Assembly: GCA_013152955.1 (NCBI GenBank) | Contig: JAADFJ010000083.1 | Coordinates: 1-52,354 of the forward strand | Length of the DNA: 52,354 nt | Direction: 5' to 3' | DNA from: Campylobacterota bacterium | GTDB taxonomy: Bacteria > Campylobacterota_A > Desulfurellia > JAADFJ01 | In this document: positions 38,280 through 46,186 of the stretch, in pieces | Layout of the letters: each line of letters starts with the position of its first letter | How positions within the stretch are numbered: position 1 is the first letter of the stretch | Made by a program: the position numbers and the translations under genes | The notes under the pieces: model-generated | Database searches by the model: none | What the model was told of the DNA's origin: nothing | What the model saw: the letters and a program-made list of their open reading frames with translations, nothing else

Positions 38280-38543
38280 AGACCACTGCACAATAAACAA
38301 ATCCACAACTTTTTATGAGGTTTTCTATAGACAAGGCAAACTTCTGAAGGACTAACGGGTTAATTCAAAGAAGTTTAACGAAAAGTATATGGGAAACCAC
38401 ATAAAGCCCGCAGGGAAGTCAAATAAAGGGTAATCTTCAGGAAATTAAAATTCTCAAACTAACCGGTTAGTACCTCAAATTTTAATTTCTAAATCTCACC
38501 CTTTCTTTGACTTCTGTGAATCCGCTTATTGTGCAGTGGTCTC
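38280..38543 (+). mobile_element. MITE-like element, copy e (best-preserved reference copy)
   Basis: It has near-perfect 20-bp terminal inverted repeats, GAGACCACTGCACAATAAAC ... CTTATTGTGCAGTGGTCTC. An internal long palindrome lies at 38441-38489. No ORF. It sits between a promoter and the benzoate-CoA ligase gene. Confidence 0.88.
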
Positions 38544-38602
38544 ATGAATGAAGAGTGCGAAGATATTCATGCCCTTCGCATGGATAAAATAGGGGGAGTA
38601 AT

Positions 38603-40138
38603 ATGGAAGAAGTGCCGGAAAGGTTTAATGTTGCCGACTACATTCTGAAAAGAGCTGACGAGCTTGCCGAAAAGACGGCGTATATTTGCGGTGATCAAAA
38701 AATTACCTATGAGGATTTAAAACAAAAAGTCAGCCAGGCAGGATGGGCATTTAAAGAGAGCGGAATTGAAATGGAAAACAGAGTACTGCTTCTTATGAAA
38801 GATACACCGAATCTGCCGATCGCTTTTCTCGGGGCTATAAAAATTGGAGCAGTTCCGGTTATTCTCAACAACTGGCTTAAAAGTGAAGATTACAGATATA
38901 TGTTTAACGATTCGAGAGGAAAAGTTCTTATTGTAGACGAATCATTGGTTCATTTTTACGAAGAGATTAAAGCCGATCTGCCGTTTCTCAAAAAGGTGAT
39001 CACGGTAGGGCCGATCGACGATTATGACGATTTTGACAGCTGGATTAACTCGAAGCCAAGCGAGCTAGAATCTGCGCCGACAAATCGCGACGATTCGGCG
39101 TTCTGGCTTTATTCTTCCGGCTCAACAGGTAAACCGAAGGGAGTGGTTCACCTGCAGAAAGATATTCCGTTTTCGGTTGAAACATATGCCGAAACAATAC
39201 TTAATATAAAAGAAAGCGATATTTTATTCTCAGCAGCAAAGCTATTTTTTGCCTATGGACTTGGTAACGGACTTTATTTTCCACTTGTCAGCGGAGCTAC
39301 CGCAGTTCTTTGTCCGGATCTGCCAACTCCGGAAGCAATGTATGAAAATATTAATAAATTTAGTGTTACACTCTTTTTTGCCGTTCCGACATTGTATGGA
39401 AGAATGCTTCAAATCAAAGACAATTTGGGTAAAGTAGAAAAATGTGTATCTGCGGGTGAGCCGCTGCCTAAACCGATATACGATCAGTGGCTGAACTATT
39501 TTAATGTTGAGATTAATGACGGTATAGGTTCAACTGAGCTGCTTCATATCTACATTTCAAATCGATTTGGAAACATAAAACCGGGATCGAGCGGAAAACC
39601 GGTAGAAGAATATGAGACTAAAATTGTGGATGAATCGGGAAAAGATGTTCCGACAGGTCAGCTCGGAACTCTGATGGTCAAAGGAGGAAGCAGAGCGGCA
39701 CGTTACTGGAACATGGAAGAAAGAACAAGAACAGCTATGATCGGCAAATGGTTTAACACGGGCGATAAATATTATCAGGACAAAGCCGGTTATTTTTATT
39801 ATGCCGGACGAGACGATGATATGCTTAAGGTTGGAGGCATTTGGGTGTCTCCTGCCGAAGTTGAGAGTTGTCTTATGTCGCATTCATCTGTTCTTGAAGC
39901 CGCGGTTGTAGGCAGAGAAGATGAGCAGGGCATGATTAAACCTATGGCCTTTATTGTTCTTAATGAAGGTGTAGACGGTTCTGGCGCGCTTGCGAAAGAG
40001 ATAAAGGAGTTCTGCAAAAGTAAAATTGCTCATTATAAATATCCGAGATGGATAAAATTTGTGGATGATTTGCCGAAAACCGCTACAGGAAAGATTCAGC
40101 GATTTAAGCTCAGGGAGATACAGGGAGATAATAGATGA
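38603..40138 (+). CDS. Benzoate-CoA ligase family (AMP-forming aromatic acid-CoA ligase)
   Basis: It has the AMP-binding motif YSSGSTGKPKGVVH, GWFNTGD and the C-terminal PKTATGKIQRFKLR. Its context is the benzoyl-CoA pathway cluster. Confidence 0.8.
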   Translation: MEEVPERFNVADYILKRADELAEKTAYICGDQKITYEDLKQKVSQAGWAFKESGIEMENRVLLLMKDTPNLPIAFLGAIKIGAVPVILNNWLKSEDYRYMFNDSRGKVLIVDESLVHFYEEIKADLPFLKKVITVGPIDDYDDFDSWINSKPSELESAPTNRDDSAFWLYSSGSTGKPKGVVHLQKDIPFSVETYAETILNIKESDILFSAAKLFFAYGLGNGLYFPLVSGATAVLCPDLPTPEAMYENINKFSVTLFFAVPTLYGRMLQIKDNLGKVEKCVSAGEPLPKPIYDQWLNYFNVEINDGIGSTELLHIYISNRFGNIKPGSSGKPVEEYETKIVDESGKDVPTGQLGTLMVKGGSRAARYWNMEERTRTAMIGKWFNTGDKYYQDKAGYFYYAGRDDDMLKVGGIWVSPAEVESCLMSHSSVLEAAVVGREDEQGMIKPMAFIVLNEGVDGSGALAKEIKEFCKSKIAHYKYPRWIKFVDDLPKTATGKIQRFKLREIQGDNR

Positions 40139-40953
40139 AAATATTTGATGTCCATGTTCACGTAGGTGATAAATTTGCCTGGAAAAAAGAAGCATTCAGC
40201 TATCTTATGTCGCTTGGAAAACGATACGAAAAAAGACTTTATGATAATGCCGGCAATCAGATTGATAGCGGACTTCACAATATTATGGTTGAAGAGGAGA
40301 TTAGTCATGCAATAATTTTGCCCGAATACGCGCCGAAAATCGCTTGTCTGCATCCGGTTGAACGGATTTTAAAAGTATCTGAAAAGTATGATGAATTTAT
40401 ACCGTTCGGAGCATTGAATCCGCACTTCCACAATCCTGTCAAAGAGTTTGAACGTCAGCTCGCACTGGGAATAAAAGGTTTGAAGCTTCATCCTGTTCAT
40501 TGCGAGCATTATGTAAATGACAGTGTGCTGTATCCTATTTATGACAGATGCAGCAATCTGAATATTCCGGTTATGATGCACGCCGGCACCTCTATATTTA
40601 CCGGTTCAAGAATGAGGTATGCCGATCCTTATACATATGATGATGTTGCAACCGATTTCCCTGATTTGACAATTATACTCTCTCATGGAGGAAGAAGTTT
40701 TTGGCATCAGCAAGCTGAATTTATGGTAAGAAGGCATAAGAATGTTTATATCGATGTTTGTGGTCTGCCCCCGAAAAATCTTCTCAAACTGTTTCCATCA
40801 ATGGGACGATTTCCGGAAAAATTTCTTTTTGGAACCGACTTCCCCGGTGTGCCGGGCATAAGAGCGAACGCAGAGGCAATCTATCGACTGGATATCTCCT
40901 CTGAGGCAAAGTCACTTATCTGCTATGAAAATGCGGCAAGGCTGTTTTTATAG
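40135..40953 (+). CDS. Amidohydrolase_2-type TIM-barrel metal-dependent hydrolase/decarboxylase
   Basis: It has the N-terminal FDVHVHVG (HxH) motif, ILSHGG and FGTDFP. An ATGA overlap joins it to the ligase gene. Confidence 0.7.
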   Translation: MKIFDVHVHVGDKFAWKKEAFSYLMSLGKRYEKRLYDNAGNQIDSGLHNIMVEEEISHAIILPEYAPKIACLHPVERILKVSEKYDEFIPFGALNPHFHNPVKEFERQLALGIKGLKLHPVHCEHYVNDSVLYPIYDRCSNLNIPVMMHAGTSIFTGSRMRYADPYTYDDVATDFPDLTIILSHGGRSFWHQQAEFMVRRHKNVYIDVCGLPPKNLLKLFPSMGRFPEKFLFGTDFPGVPGIRANAEAIYRLDISSEAKSLICYENAARLFL

Positions 40954-40969
40954 TTTTTTGCGTGTCCAG

Positions 40970-40992
40970 GATCTGTTTATTGTGCAATAGCT
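40970..40992. repeat. Fragment resembling an element terminus
   Basis: GGATCTGTTTATTGTGCAATAGC contains GTTTATTGTGCA but lacks GTGGTCTC. Confidence 0.3.
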
Positions 40993-41009
40993 TCACTGAA
41001 GAATGAAAA

Positions 41010-41414
41010 TCAGTGTTTTTTGGAATGCTCTATTTTCATGCATCTGTCTGATACTACCAGAAGTCCGGCAGATTCAGCTTTTTTTTCAGCTTCAGGATTT
41101 TTGATTCCCAATTGAAGCCATACGGATTTTGCACCTATCTTGATTGCTTCGTCTATAATAGGCATTACTGTTTCAGATTTTCGGAATATATCAACAACGT
41201 CTATCGGAAACGGAATTTCCGATAGACTGCTGTAACATTTTTCACCTAATATCTCATTCATTCCGGGTCTTACGGGGACAATTTTGTATCCATGCTTTTG
41301 CAGGTATTGAGCAACCTGCCTGCTGGGACGTTCTTCTTTTGGTGATAAGCCTACAATGGCGACTACCTTATGGTTTTTTAATATTTTTTCAATTCTTTCT
41401 TTCATCTCATCCAT
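41010..41414 (-). CDS. CoA-binding domain protein (YccU/YneT-like)
   Basis: The 134-aa protein has VAIVGLSPKEERPSRQVAQYL..GYKIVPVRP, typical of the CoA_binding_2 family. Confidence 0.75.
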   Translation of the reverse strand: MDEMKERIEKILKNHKVVAIVGLSPKEERPSRQVAQYLQKHGYKIVPVRPGMNEILGEKCYSSLSEIPFPIDVVDIFRKSETVMPIIDEAIKIGAKSVWLQLGIKNPEAEKKAESAGLLVVSDRCMKIEHSKKH

Positions 41415-41458
41415 TTTTATCTTTTTTGTATCAGAGGCAGGATATTCTAAAATAGTTT

Positions 41459-42526
41459 TTATGCATTAAGTGTTCCTTTAAAAAAAGTCTTTATTTTTTC
41501 GATAATATCTTTGTCATTTTTGGTATTATCATAAAGTTCTGCAAATTCTTTAAATCGTTTTTTAGCCTCGATTGTCAGATTTTTTGGAGTCTCAACGAAT
41601 ATTCTGACGATCTGATTTCCTCCTCTTATGCCTTTGCCTCTCAAGATAAATTCTTCTCCTGAGTCTGTGCCGGCCGGTATTTTGATCTGTTCATGGCCGT
41701 ATACGGTTTCCACATTGATTGTATCACCCAACACGGCGCTGACAAGCGATATAGGTTGATGCAATATTATGCTGTTTCCGTCTCTGATGAATTTTGTGTC
41801 GTTGGCAACGCTAAACTTAAGATAGAGGTCTCCGTTGGGTCCGCCGTTGCTGCCGGCATGGCCGTAGCCGTTTAATCTATAGTAGTGTCCGTTGTCGATA
41901 CCCGCAGGAATTTTAATAGTTATCTTTTTTGGTTCTTTGACGGTTCCGCTGCCTTTGCAGACTGAACATCTTTTGGATATTATTTGTCCGGTACCGCCGC
42001 ATTTTGAGCATGTGGTGGAAAGAGAGATGAATCCATGCGATATTTGAGTGCTGCCTCGTCCTGCGCATCTGGTACAAGTAACAGTGTCTCCGCCGGCTCC
42101 GCCGCACGAATGACAGTTTTTTTCATAGTTTATATTTATGGTTTTATTTGCTCCCAATACTGCCTCTCTGAAACTGATCTTCAGTATCTGCTCAATATCA
42201 TCTCCTGCCGCAGCCCTTGATGTTTCCGTAGAAGCTCCAAAAAAATCACCAAATAGATCACCTAAGCCGCCGAAACCAAAGTTTTTAAATATATCGTTGA
42301 GGTTGATATTAGATCTGTCCACTGTTCCAAACTGGTCAAACTGGGCTCTCTTCTTTGGATCAGATAAAACCGCATATGCCTCGCTTATCTGTTTGAATTG
42401 TTCCTCCGCCTGCTTATCACCCGGATTTTTGTCCGGGTGATATTTCATCGCAAGCCTTCTATATACAGCTTTTATTTGATCTGTTGATGCAGATCTTTCC
42501 ACTCCAAGTATTTGATAATAATCCAT
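41459..42526 (-). CDS. dnaJ: Chaperone DnaJ
   Basis: It has a J domain (YYQILGV...KYHPDKN), a G/F region and four CxxCxGxG zinc-finger repeats. Confidence 0.93.
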   Translation of the reverse strand: MDYYQILGVERSASTDQIKAVYRRLAMKYHPDKNPGDKQAEEQFKQISEAYAVLSDPKKRAQFDQFGTVDRSNINLNDIFKNFGFGGLGDLFGDFFGASTETSRAAAGDDIEQILKISFREAVLGANKTININYEKNCHSCGGAGGDTVTCTRCAGRGSTQISHGFISLSTTCSKCGGTGQIISKRCSVCKGSGTVKEPKKITIKIPAGIDNGHYYRLNGYGHAGSNGGPNGDLYLKFSVANDTKFIRDGNSIILHQPISLVSAVLGDTINVETVYGHEQIKIPAGTDSGEEFILRGKGIRGGNQIVRIFVETPKNLTIEAKKRFKEFAELYDNTKNDKDIIEKIKTFFKGTLNA

Positions 42527-42536
42527 CTATACAGAC

Positions 42537-44441
42537 CTATTTATCCTCTTCTTCAACTTCAGCATCTATGACCTCTTCCTCGTTTGCCTCATCGTTATGC
42601 CCGGTACTTTCTGAGTCTGATTCGGCAGATTTATCGCCTCCGGCTTTGTATGCCTGTTCTGCAATCTTGCCGGATGCGCTAACGACACTTTTTATGGCCG
42701 ATTCTATTGCTTCTTTGTCGTCCCCGTCTTTAACCTTTTTTAGATTTTCCAACATGCTTTTAATGTTGTTCTTATCATCTTGTGAGACTTTATCGCCAAG
42801 CTCATTAAGCGATTTTTCCGTTGCATATATAAGATTGTCCGCTTTGTTTCTGGTGTCAATAAGTTCTTTCTTTTTTTTATCTTCATCTGCATGTGCTTCG
42901 GCTTCTGCCTGCATCTTCTTGATTTCCTCATCGCTCAGACCGGAGGATGCCGTAATTTTGATAGCTTGTTCCTTGCCGGTTGCTTTATCTTTAGCGCTCA
43001 CATTTAATATACCGTTTGCGTCAATGTCGAAGGTGACTTCTATTTGAGGTACACCTCTTGGTGCGGCAGGAATACCTATAAGCTCAAATCGCCCCAAAGT
43101 TTTGTTATCCTGAGCCATAGGTCGTTCACCTTGAAGAACGTGGATGGTGACTGCCGATTGACTGTCCTCAGCAGTTGTAAATATCTGACTTTTTCTGGTA
43201 GGAATAGTAGTATTTTTCTCAATTATTTTTGTCATTACTCCACCCAGAGTTTCAATTCCAAGTGATAAAGGTGTTACATCCAGAAGGAGAACATCTTTGA
43301 CATCGCCCTTTAAAACTCCGCCCTGAATTGCTGCTCCTATGGCGACCGCTTCATCAGGATTTACATCCTGCCGCGGTTCTTTTCCGAAAAACTCTTTTAC
43401 CTTTTGCTGAACCAAAGGAGTTCTCGTCATTCCTCCCACAAGTATAACATAATTTATATCGGATGGTTTGAGGTTTGCATCTTCCAACGCTTTTTTGCAT
43501 GGTTTTATCGTGCTTTCAATCAGCGGCAAAACCAGCTGTTCAAGGTGAGCTCTGGTGAGTTTCAAATTAAGATGTTTGGGGCCGGTAGCATCTGCCGTTA
43601 TGAAAGGAAGATTTATTTCGGTCTCAAGGCTTGAAGAAAGTTCAATCTTTGCTTTTTCTGCCGCATCCTTAAGACGCTGCAGAGCTATTGAATCGGTTCT
43701 CAGATCGATACCGTTTTCTTTTTTGAATGCGTCTATTGTCCAATCTAATATTTTGCGGTCAAAATCGTCTCCGCCCAAATATGTGTCGCCGTTGGTTGAT
43801 TTGACTTCAAATACCCCGTCTGCAATTTCAAGAATTGATATATCAAAGGTTCCTCCGCCAAGATCATATACAGCGATATTGCCTTTTTTATTTTTATCCA
43901 ATCCAAAGGCGAGTGCCGCTGCAGTTGGTTCGTTGATTATTCTGAGAACATTTAAGCCGGCAATAGCGCCTGAATCTTTGGTGGCCTTTCTTTGGCTGTC
44001 ATTAAAGTATGCAGGAACCGTTATCACCGCATCCTTAATTTTTTCTCCCAGCTGACTTTCTGCATCTGCTTTGAGTTTTTGAAGAATGGCTGCAGATATT
44101 TCCTGTGTTGAGAGCGATTTTCCGTCTATTTTTATTCTGCAGTCGTTGCCCGGCCCCTGAATCAATTTGTAAGGAAGTCTTTTTTTTGCGTCTTTTACTT
44201 CTTCTGAATCGTAATGTCTGCCTATAAGTCTCTTGATCGAAAATATGGTTTTTGAAGGATTTGTGATAGCTTGTCTTTTCGCAGCTTGCCCCACAAGACG
44301 TTCTCCTTTATCGGTAAAGGCCACTATTGACGGCGTTGTGCGGGTTCCTTCGCTATTGGTTATTACTTTTGGTTCTCCGGATTGCATTATTGCCATGCAT
44401 GAGTTTGTTGTTCCTAAATCAATTCCTAATACCTTACTCAT
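42537..44441 (-). CDS. dnaK: Chaperone DnaK (Hsp70)
   Basis: It has [26 protein letters not shown] and an acidic C-terminus. Confidence 0.97.
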   Translation of the reverse strand: MSKVLGIDLGTTNSCMAIMQSGEPKVITNSEGTRTTPSIVAFTDKGERLVGQAAKRQAITNPSKTIFSIKRLIGRHYDSEEVKDAKKRLPYKLIQGPGNDCRIKIDGKSLSTQEISAAILQKLKADAESQLGEKIKDAVITVPAYFNDSQRKATKDSGAIAGLNVLRIINEPTAAALAFGLDKNKKGNIAVYDLGGGTFDISILEIADGVFEVKSTNGDTYLGGDDFDRKILDWTIDAFKKENGIDLRTDSIALQRLKDAAEKAKIELSSSLETEINLPFITADATGPKHLNLKLTRAHLEQLVLPLIESTIKPCKKALEDANLKPSDINYVILVGGMTRTPLVQQKVKEFFGKEPRQDVNPDEAVAIGAAIQGGVLKGDVKDVLLLDVTPLSLGIETLGGVMTKIIEKNTTIPTRKSQIFTTAEDSQSAVTIHVLQGERPMAQDNKTLGRFELIGIPAAPRGVPQIEVTFDIDANGILNVSAKDKATGKEQAIKITASSGLSDEEIKKMQAEAEAHADEDKKKKELIDTRNKADNLIYATEKSLNELGDKVSQDDKNNIKSMLENLKKVKDGDDKEAIESAIKSVVSASGKIAEQAYKAGGDKSAESDSESTGHNDEANEEEVIDAEVEEEDK

Positions 44442-44997
44442 TTTCTTCCTCCATTTCAGTGTTTATTGATCTGCTATTATCTTCTTCATCTTCTTTTTCT
44501 CTGCCGCTTACAATAACTTTTGCGGGTTTTAAACATAACCCTTTTGTTATGTAACCTCTTTCAAGTTGAGCTATAATTTTGTTTTTAGGCAGCTTGCTCT
44601 GTTTATCTATCATCATAGCTTCATGAATATTTGGGTCAAACTGTTTATTTTCAGTGTCAATTACCTCTATGCCCTTGTTTTGCAGTATTGAATCGATCTT
44701 TTTTAATATCAACTTGACGCCCTCAATAAACGCCAGCATGTTTTCATCAAGTTTGTCTGCAAATTTATCCGACATTTTAAGCGTATTCTCAAGTTCGTCG
44801 GCAATAGGCAGAAAATCCTTTATATTTTCTCTGATACTGTTTTCCGCAATACTTAGTTTGTCTTTTGAAGCGTTTTTTTTATAATTCTCAAAATCGGCAT
44901 AGAGTCTTATATATTTGTCATTGAGTGCATTAAATTTATTCAGCAATTCATTGTACTCCTCTGTTTTATTCTTATTGGTATTCTTTTTGTTCGGCAT
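44434..44997 (-). CDS. grpE: Nucleotide exchange factor GrpE
   Basis: The 187-aa protein has a coiled-coil N-terminus, FDPNIHEAM and RGY...VIVS. It lies between hrcA and dnaK. Confidence 0.9.
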   Translation of the reverse strand: MPNKKNTNKNKTEEYNELLNKFNALNDKYIRLYADFENYKKNASKDKLSIAENSIRENIKDFLPIADELENTLKMSDKFADKLDENMLAFIEGVKLILKKIDSILQNKGIEVIDTENKQFDPNIHEAMMIDKQSKLPKNKIIAQLERGYITKGLCLKPAKVIVSGREKEDEEDNSRSINTEMEEENE

Positions 44998-46032
44998 TTA
45001 TTTATGTTCCTCCTCCTCTTCGTATCTTTTTATGAACCATTTGAGTTGTATGGCTGCCTGATCGACCAAAAGCAGGTTCCTTTTGTAGTTCATTCTGAAC
45101 GGACCGATCATGCCGATAAATCCTCTGTTATTTTTTATGTTATAATCAGACGCTATTAGCGATGTTTCATCCGACAGATGAAGAGGATTATCTTTTCCTA
45201 TAAATACCTTTGATCCTGAACTATCTATTGCTTTGTTTAATATATTTGCAATTATATCTTTTTTTTCAAGCAGCGATACGAGCGATTTTAGAAAACCGAT
45301 ATTCGCGTTGAGTTTCCTCATTCCCAGGAGATTGTCAATTCCGCTAATAGCAACTCTTCTCTTTTTATCATATAATTTTTCGTATAAATCTATTATCGAA
45401 TTGTAGAGCTGATCACATTTTGCTCTTTTCTCTTTTATATCACTGATTATACTGTCTTTTATATCCTTTATGGGAAAGTTTTTGTATCTTTTGTTCAGGT
45501 CAGAGATAACCTTTTTTAGATATAGAAATCCGTCTTCATCCGTATTGATAATTTCGCTTATCATCCATCCGTATTCCAGTACAATAATTAAATACCCTTT
45601 AGTTTTATCAAGATTTATGAGATCTATTTTTTTAAGCTTTAATTCCGTTAGTTCCGGTGCCGTGATTGCCACGAGATAGCTGCTTTGACGAGACAGCCAT
45701 GAGGAGGCAGCCGTCAAGGCGGTTTTTAACGTATCGCTATTTTTAATAAAAACAGGAACAATAGCGTTTGGCGTCCTATCCCGCTTCAGTATATTATCTA
45801 CGTAATATCTGTAGCCCATTTCAGTGGGTACTTTACCGCTTGATGTATATATGCTTTTTAGATAGCCCATATCCTGAAGATCGTAAAGAGCATTTCTAAG
45901 CGTGGCAGGGGACATCAAAAGACCGTATTTTTTTACAATTTTGAGCGATCCTTCGGATTTGCCATGCTCGATATAGTTTTCTACAATAATTCCCAATATT
46001 TTGTGAAGCCTTTCGGTCTCTATAGTTTTCAT
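44998..46032 (-). CDS. hrcA: Heat-inducible transcription repressor HrcA
   Basis: The 344-aa protein has an N-terminal winged helix (SPATLRNALYDLQDMGYL). It is the first gene of the hrcA-grpE-dnaK-dnaJ operon and has CIRCE upstream. Confidence 0.9.
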   Translation of the reverse strand: MKTIETERLHKILGIIVENYIEHGKSEGSLKIVKKYGLLMSPATLRNALYDLQDMGYLKSIYTSSGKVPTEMGYRYYVDNILKRDRTPNAIVPVFIKNSDTLKTALTAASSWLSRQSSYLVAITAPELTELKLKKIDLINLDKTKGYLIIVLEYGWMISEIINTDEDGFLYLKKVISDLNKRYKNFPIKDIKDSIISDIKEKRAKCDQLYNSIIDLYEKLYDKKRRVAISGIDNLLGMRKLNANIGFLKSLVSLLEKKDIIANILNKAIDSSGSKVFIGKDNPLHLSDETSLIASDYNIKNNRGFIGMIGPFRMNYKRNLLLVDQAAIQLKWFIKRYEEEEEHK

Positions 46033-46035
46033 AAA

Positions 46036-46091
46036 TTAGCACTCTCTACCATGATCTGCTAACAAGATAGCCTGTTGTTCTACGATGTCAA
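46036..46091 (-). promoter_or_regulatory. hrcA promoter (TTGACA-16-TATCTT) plus CIRCE-like inverted repeat TTAGCACTC-N9-ATCTGCTAA (46036-46062)
   Basis: One arm is a perfect CIRCE half-site; the other matches GAGTGCTAA at 7/9 positions. -35 is the revcomp of 46086-46091 and -10 the revcomp of 46064-46069. CIRCE ends 3 nt from the ATG. Confidence 0.65.
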
Positions 46092-46186
46092 GGGCAACTC
46101 TATTAATTCTAAGCGTTTCGGATTGAAAGTCCAAATCAATCTCATAAACTTATTTTACGCATTAGATGATGCCCTGCAAAATTTAA

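Noticed and set aside
42484-44055. 187-aa and 166-aa plus-strand ORFs
   Set aside because: They are antisense to dnaK and give Ser/Leu-rich low-complexity translations. This is the classic Hsp70 antisense artefact.
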